From Macrostomum lignano (lineage: Eukaryota): DNA of 64,000 nucleotides. The notes below the pieces were generated by a model. That model was not told the DNA's origin, did no database searches, and worked only from the letters and a program-made list of their open reading frames with translations. The stretch lies in NCBI GenBank assembly GCA_002269645.1, contig NIVC01000434.1:434001-498000 (forward strand). The letters run 5' to 3'. Both the position numbers and the translations under genes were made by a program. Below, piece by piece: positions 57,021 to 64,000 of this stretch (the first letter of the stretch is position 1; each line of letters starts with the position of its first letter).

Positions 57021-59592
57021 GGAATCACCTTTGGTTAGAAGAGCCAAATTGGTAACAAGGCTGGTGGTTTTCACAGTTTGATAAGAAAGCCAGTATTGGC
57101 TATCAGGATCCTCTTGACTTGCAGCTCAATTTTCACTGTTTTTGTTGGCCAACTCAAGTATTAATCACCTAAATTATTTATATTATTTTTAATGCTTTTC
57201 GCGTGTATAGCTAGCTACCTGTATCCATAATTTTCTCTACTAAACTCTACCGCATTTGCGTTTTGGCAAATCCATTAAACTGTTCCTGTTGTTTGACATG
57301 TCTAGTTTAGTAGCGTTTCTATAACTCTTAAATAAACTCAAAATTCATTCTTTTCTACTTGAAATGCAATCATAGGTCTCTTATTTAAAACCTGTATTTT
57401 GTATTTTATTCGGGTCGAAATTTATGCTAGTATTTCCATATACTCACTTTTAGTATCGGCAAATAGCATTTACCTTGCTAGTATTCCCTATTAATATTTT
57501 GTTAGTTTGCTGTTGCTTGTATATCATGTCAACTTTCTTGTCTTGCGTTTAAAATTTGATAATCAGTAGCGTGAAAGTTTGAATAAAATAAATGCAATTT
57601 ACTCTACGCTCTACTGTAGTAATATGATGATGCTTTGAGCGCAGTCTGTCATTGACTCTGTGTCATGAAGTAAAAAATATTGGCATTTTGCGTTCACTTG
57701 TGTCTTTTCGTATGACACCAGTTGTGAGCAGCAATTTTCTTACTGTTTTCTGTGTATATCTTTTAATCTGCTCTGTAAGTTATTTTTCGGCGTATTTGTT
57801 TGGCTGTCTATTCTCGGCAGACTTCCGTTAATTAATGTTCTAATATAACCTGCATATATTTAATTATACAAGACTTGCTAACCATAATAGCCGTTTTCGG
57901 CCCCCAATCAGTTGTCCAATTTTTTGTTTTCATTTTTGTATTGTATTTCTGATAGTGAATTTCTTTAATCAGGGAGATCACATACTCGTATCTGATATGG
58001 CACCCTGGCTTTAGGCTAAAGTGGTGATTTGTTCGAGAAAATTACTAACTGCAATTATTATAGACCACGTATTTTCCTCCAAGGTGTTGAAGAATGATCT
58101 TATTAAAACCGGGATTGTCTTCGAAAAGTAATTTCGAAATTATAGTTTCGTTTCTCGTTTGCATTCTTACTTGCTATCAGACATACATATGTTACTTACT
58201 GGTTGTGGTTCAGCATCAACTATTCAGGATATAAGCTGCATGTACATGTATTGTCTCGCACTATCAAAGATTCCAAGGTTTACATGTAGGAACTAAAAAG
58301 AACGTGCTTTAGTTCCTACTTTAGTTCCTACTTCGTGTAATCTTGTATAATAATGTGTAATGACTTAATCAAGTCGAATCAAGTACCCAATCGATGGTAT
58401 CATTTTTCGTAAAACAAGATCTACTGGACTGCAGTCAAACTAGGTTTTACCATTACGTAATGTAAGCCTACAATAGAAAAAACATCACATCGAAATAAAA
58501 TTCAATTTGTAGCGTAACTAGGACTTTTGGAACAGGGGAGAGTAAACTCCTTTTGAAAATATGAGGCTTAAAATTTCCAGGAAAAAAACCAGGTCTCGAT
58601 CTTTGTTAAATTTAATGCCTAACAAATTAAAATGCTTCCAAAAAGGGGAAGATACACTACAGTTACTCAATAATACGAGCTCTAGGGGTTTGCTTAAATT
58701 TTAATGTGTACGGAATATATAAAAAGCAAAATAATACATATTTTTGAAGATACTTTATACTACGTTTTAAAAGACAAGTACTTTTTCTGACGCGAATTTT
58801 TGTTAAAACAATTAAACTTTCAAATTGTTTTGTCTGTCATTCTCATCTTTCATCAATTTCCCGATCTGCAGTTTTATGGGTGGCCTGACATTTTGCTTTG
58901 CTGTATGTCTGTAAAGTTAAATAATTGCTTTTTGTTCATATTGTTGCTTGTTTATTTTGATTGAACACAATTCTTAAATTCATTTCCAATACTACCTACC
59001 GAGGCTACTACCTTGGCTTAAGTTAGCGAGCTCATGGCCACGCTGATGCTCTGCCTGGCCACTGCCCACTGGCCTTACGCTTTGCCTAGATACATGTATG
59101 AACTATTTATAGCATGTGAATTCTGTCTTTAAAATTTAGGTCTGAATTGGACATAGGCTGAGTGGAAGTGTATATAAATTCTTTAGTTAAAAAGTTTTTG
59201 TGTCTAGGCCTAGTAGTCTGCTAAGCTGGTTAGAAAAAAATTGGCCTAGGCCTATCAGTGGACAGTATCACTATTGAGTGCAGATCTAGAACATTTTAAA
59301 TAGGGGTGCAAATTACTAAGATATCTTTGCATTTGATTTTTTATATAAAATACTAGAAAGCAAACTCAAAGAGTTGTGTATTTGCATGCCTTTTTTCCAC
59401 CCCCCTCTAAATCTGCTAGGCCTAGGCCTATTGAAGCCAATGTCTTTGAAATAGAAATTAATATAGGAACTAAGATTAACATAATCTAAGTCAAGTTAGA
59501 AACTCTAATAAGATTTTTGGCAGTTATTATTGTAATAGTGACTGTATAAATAAATAGTGAAATAGTTTTTTATAGTCAACACATAAAACAAA

Positions 59593-60808
59593 TGGAAGTG
59601 CTTATCCCCATGGTCCTATGTCAATAATTCCAATTTTATTCACATGGATCTGTGTCAATAATTTCTAGCTTATCCCCACAGCTAAGATTGTGCAATTATT
59701 TGTATTTATTTTTGTGTACTGATATTAAATTGATATTGACATTATTATTAGTATTATTACTGATTATTATTACATTGTGAATTTTGAATTTTGCAAGTCT
59801 CATTTGCCTCAATCTTAGGGTTCATTTGGTCATTCTAAGCAAAGGCAGCAGGTGGCAACTAAGTGAATATTTAAAATTAATCTTTTTAACAACAAAAAAG
59901 TTTTAACAAAGTATTCAATACTATTCATTATTTAGTAATTTACTTGGAAGATTTGTAAAACAAAGAAAATAAATAGATATTTTTGAACAGATTCATTTTA
60001 AGGTTCTCTATTCCAATAAACTACCCTGGAAATTAAGCCAGAAATTATCAACATGGATCCATGTGAATAAATTTGGAATTATCAGCACAGGACCATGGGG
60101 ACCATACTCAGGAAGGTGGCCTACACGCGGGAATTTTCCCGCGTGCACAAGCCATGCTAAAATTTTGGCGTGCAAAGTTGGCGTGCAAATAGGGGTTTCA
60201 AGCCATGCCTAAATTTTCAGCATACAAGTTTTTTACTTGGCGTGTAACCTTGGCGTGCAATTACAAACTGACAGTATATCAACAAGTCAGATATAGATGT
60301 TTACACTATATATATACAATATATAAAGTTAAACGTGAACAATTGAATTTGAATATTGATTAAACCAACTAGTTGAGGCTACAGCCTAGCCTACAGCCAG
60401 GCCTACACTCTACAGCCTACATTAAAATTAAAATATCCAATAACTTTTAAATGCTCTTATTTTGTGACTCTTGTAGACTTTTAGTTTATTTGTTTCTTGA
60501 AATGTGAAGAAAAAGTTTGTGATACTCACTATGTTCTTTGTAGCGAATTTCCTTTTTTTATATAAACTTTGTTTAACGTAAGTAGAAAATTTATTTAAAA
60601 ATAGTATCTAATATGGTTAATATTCAAATCACACATACATGAGGCATACATGATTTTTGGTATTCAAGATTTTTGGCATGCAACAGAAACGTCATGTTAA
60701 GGGTTTTAAAAAATTGGCGTACATTGGCGTGCACCAAGGATTTTTCCATAAATTGATTCCCGCGTGCACTTGCCACCTTCTTGACTATGGCATGGGGATA
60801 AGCACTTC
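59593..60808. mobile_element. Outer MITE (possible 9-bp TSD, Mutator-like)
   Basis: TIR gaagtgcttatccccatggtcct..tcacatggatc, whose right arm is split by the inner element. TAAAACAAA occurs at 59584-59592 and 60809-60817, with a 2-nt terminal asymmetry. Confidence 0.6.
60102..60790. mobile_element. Inner MITE nested in the outer MITE's right TIR
   Basis: TIR CCATA(C/G)TCA(G/A)GAAGGTGGC..CACGCGGGAAT, with a perfect 8-bp TSD CATGGGGA at 60094-60101 and 60791-60798. Confidence 0.8.
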
Positions 60809-61841
60809 TAAAACAAACATCATCTAGATTTAGTAACTAATATATAGTGCAAATTTCAATTGGTTTTTTAATTTTAGAAGAATTATATGCTTTGATTATG
60901 TTAATACAATGGTAATTTCTAGTAGTTCTTGTCATTAACATTAGCTAAGCTTGCTTAACATAATTGTTAACTATTAATGTACCCGAAATTTCTTCATATG
61001 ACCATAAAAATAACCATTCTGCTTCTTATGTATAGTGACCATAAAAATAACAGCTTTGCTATTTATACAGTTACAATCTTATACAAGCATATTAGTTTTA
61101 TGTATTTAAAAATAACTATTTTGCTATTATATTATATGGTTACTGTAACAATAACAATTGCCAAGATTTTTTTATTTTGTCTATAGTCAAGAAGGTGTCT
61201 TGGGCCTATATGCCAGAATTTTCTACTATGCATTAGCCTTTCATAGTTCATTGGCATGTTAATTTCTACTAATTTTAATATTTTATATAGGAGCTTAAGG
61301 CATGCTAACTCTCCCTATGGGAATAAGTTTTAAAAAACCATTGGCACAAAATAACAATGCAAAAAATGTAGCTTATATGCATGACACATGAGACAGAAGT
61401 ATGAAAAAAGCACAATTTGACACAAAAAAATTACAAGCATGGTAGAAAATGACAGATAACAACCAATATAAAACCCCTAGAAAATGATGTAAACGTTCTG
61501 AAACTCTATACTTAAAGTCTTTAAAGATAACTACATAACTCCTATGGTGTTGCATTGCATATATGCTATGTTTCTAGTGCTGCCACCCATTGACTGCAAT
61601 GCGCTGTGACAGGCAATATTGCCTTCCACTGCAACACAACACTAGCTACCTTTTAAAAGAATAAAGTGTCAGAATTCTCTTTTCTATTAATTTCATTGAA
61701 ATTGAAATTTAGATTTTCTACATTACCATATATCTAAATCTATTTTATTGTATAGCTTTTCTAATTTCAATTTATCTCATAATCTACCTAATTTAATAAC
61801 TGTTCAACAACACATCTGTTTCAGAGAGCTGAAATTTCAAC

Positions 61842-61897
61842 ATGGCATATGGAAAGCAAAAGAAGACAGGTGGAAAGAAAGGTGGAAAAAAGACAAC
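61842..61897 (+). CDS. RPS3A: 40S ribosomal protein S3a (eS1), coding exon 1
   Basis: MAYGKQKKTGGKKGGKKT, donor AC|GTAAGT (phase 2). Confidence 0.85.
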
Positions 61898-62034
61898 GTA
61901 AGTCTTGAATATAGAAATCTCTACCTTTATTTTGTAGTTTTATTCGAACAAAAGTTATAGCTGTGCTTATATAAATATTAAGCTATTAATGAGCTTTGGA
62001 CACTGTCAATATCAAACCACCGTTCCCTATGCAG

Positions 62035-62239
62035 GGTGGATCCTTTCCTCAAGAAGGAATGGTACGACATCAAGGCCCCGTTCATGTTCGAGAAGCGAAC
62101 CTGCGGCAAAACGCTGGTGACCCGCAGTGCTGGCACCCGACTGGCTAGCGACTCGCTGAAAGGCCGCGTCCTTGAAATGTCTCTGGGCGACCTCAAGACC
62201 AACGACAGCGACTCGGCCTATAGGAAATTCAAACTGCAG
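62035..62239 (+). CDS. RPS3A: 40S ribosomal protein S3a, exon 2
   Basis: [35 protein letters not shown]. Confidence 0.95.
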
Positions 62240-62496
62240 GTTTGTATTCTAGGCTTATTGAAACTGGACCTCTGAGTCTGCAGTAGAGGTGTCTGACTGT
62301 TGCACCACACCACTCATGGTTTGACTCAGTGAGCGGCCACATTAATTTGTCACAGAGAGTGTACATGCCTGAAGATTAGAAAGTCAGGGTCGCTGTACAC
62401 CCTGTGTGAGCCTGTGTATGAGTTTTGTATGAGGGTTGACCGCAGCCCTCCTGAGAGTATATTATTATTATTTTATTTATTCCATTAATTTCACAG

Positions 62497-62715
62497 GTCG
62501 AAGTGATCCAGGGCAAGCACTGCCTGACCAACTTCTACGGCATGAACCTGACCAGGGACAAGCTCTGCTCTCTGGTAAAGAAGTGGCAGTCCACCATCGA
62601 GGCCAACGTTGACGTGAAGACGTCCGACGGCTATGTGCTGCGCGTCTTTGTCATCGCCTTCACTAAGAAGCGAATGAACCAGATCAAAAAGCACGCCTAT
62701 GCCCAGTCTACCCAG
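62497..62715 (+). CDS. RPS3A: 40S ribosomal protein S3a, exon 3
   Basis: [47 protein letters not shown]. Confidence 0.95.
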
Positions 62716-62948
62716 GTATACTCTTTAGTGTTTGAAGTAGGACTTTCCTTTTGGTTATGAAATTTGATTTTGAGTAGTGCTGAGTAGTGCGTTGTGAATG
62801 TTGCAAATATGTTTGTTTCAAAAATATGGTCATCTTCATTCGCTCAGGCTCAAGCTCTACCAATAATTTATGTGATTATTTGAGTTGGTACAGATTTCAG
62901 CTAGGCTGACAGTGCTCACATCGTAGCTTGGTAACGCTGTAATTCCAG

Positions 62949-63260
62949 ATTCGCCGCATCCGCCGCAAGATGCTGGACATAATCAACAAGGAGTGCTCCA
63001 TCGAGCTGAAGGACGTAGTCAACAAGCTGATCCCGGACAGCATCGGCCGGGACATCGAGAAGGCCGCCAGTGGCATCTTCCCGCTGCACGACGTGCACGT
63101 TCGCAAAGTGAAGGTGCTTCGCAAGCCGAAGGCCGAGCTGGGCAAAATCATGGAGCTGCACGGCGAGACTCTTGGCTCCGGGCCCAGCGCCGCGGCTGCC
63201 GCTGGCGAGAAAGTCGACCGGCCTGACGGTTACGAGCCGCCGGTGCTCAAGTCTGTCTGA
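62949..63260 (+). CDS. RPS3A: 40S ribosomal protein S3a, terminal exon
   Basis: [58 protein letters not shown]. Total 263 aa. AATAAA at 63360. Confidence 0.95.
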   Translation: MRRIRRKMLDIINKECSIELKDVVNKLIPDSIGRDIEKAASGIFPLHDVHVRKVKVLRKPKAELGKIMELHGETLGSGPSAAAAAGEKVDRPDGYEPPVLKSV

Positions 63261-64000
63261 GTAGACTTATCAGCAGTTTGCTGTTATGAGGACATGAGGA
63301 CTGACTGATTGAATATTAGCAGAGTCTTTGCCTACCTGCGCTTGCGAATGGGGTAGCAAAATAAAGTCGGTGACGCCAAAGCCGCGGTGTCTTCGGTGTT
63401 TCTTGGAATGAAAAAATATTTGAAATATGCTGTCTTTGTTATAACAGGTGCAGTCTTCGTTATTTTTGTGCTTCCTAGCATTAGAGACTTGATAAAGTTT
63501 GAGGTTGTTTTGGACAGCTAGAAATTTTGAAGTCTTGATGTTACTGGGCTAGCTACGACTTGAAGTGGAACAGTTCGTGCATGTATTTATTTACGATGAG
63601 CATGCGGCCAACTTAAAAAAGTAAAGGAAATTTCATCCTACACTTTCATTATAGTCTCCAGATTAATAGCTTTTTTGCAATCTCGTTAGGCGGTCAGTAG
63701 GTAAATTAAAGCTATAAATTAGCTCAAATTAGAGGCTACGGTAATTCCGCAACTGTCAGTCTGAGAAGAGCAACAAAATGACATGTTAGCGGCGTTGAAT
63801 TTGACTTCAGTGAATTGTCTAATCGATGCATTGACCGAGTTGATTTGAAAGTAGCAAAAGTGCGCGAAGATAATGGATTGCTTGGATGGAGAGCAGAAGG
63901 AAAGGCTCGATTGAAGTGGCAATTATTAGTTTACCTAACAGGAATTTTTCAATTGAACGAATCAACTCTTTAAAGAAAAAACGATGTGTACTTTGATTAG

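Noticed and set aside
55974-57074. 366-, 258- and 248-aa ORFs over the 24-bp VNTR
   Set aside because: Pure repeat translation in three frames, with no splice-compatible link to RFX.
62925-62937. X-box-like GTAGCTTGGTAAC near the RFX gene
   Set aside because: A single imperfect match in an RPS3A intron next to the acceptor. None was found at the kinase promoter, so no RFX-kinase regulatory link is claimed.

Overview
AT-rich eukaryotic (invertebrate animal) genomic window with spliceosomal GT-AG introns. It could be a flatworm such as Macrostomum, but that is unverified inference. I assembled four spliced host genes by hand with consistent splice phases. (1) A ~10-finger C2H2 zinc-finger gene on the minus strand (1811-8847). 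(2) An unusual N-terminal ankyrin-repeat plus NEK11-like kinase gene on the minus strand (14100-34290, 686 aa). (3) An RFX5/RFX7-type transcription factor on the plus strand (49255-56137). (4) RPS3A on the plus strand (61842-63260). The rest is dense in mobile DNA. The most striking items are: two head-to-tail non-autonomous Helitron-like elements (13.6 kb) in one kinase intron, in which every major tandem-repeat array is preceded by a tRNA-Ser(GCT)-like Pol III module; an Ingi-like LINE with a candidate HDV-like ribozyme and a 2A/StopGo-like motif at its 5' end; a split, partly inverted, intron-containing Crypton-type tyrosine-recombinase relic; and two IS630/Tc1-like elements stacked at one TA inside a SINE A-box. 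There are also Gypsy and Merlin relics, several MITEs with clean target-site duplications (TSDs), and strong enrichment of TACATGTA and TAGGCCTA octamers. All alignments and folds were done by eye, and no database searches were run.
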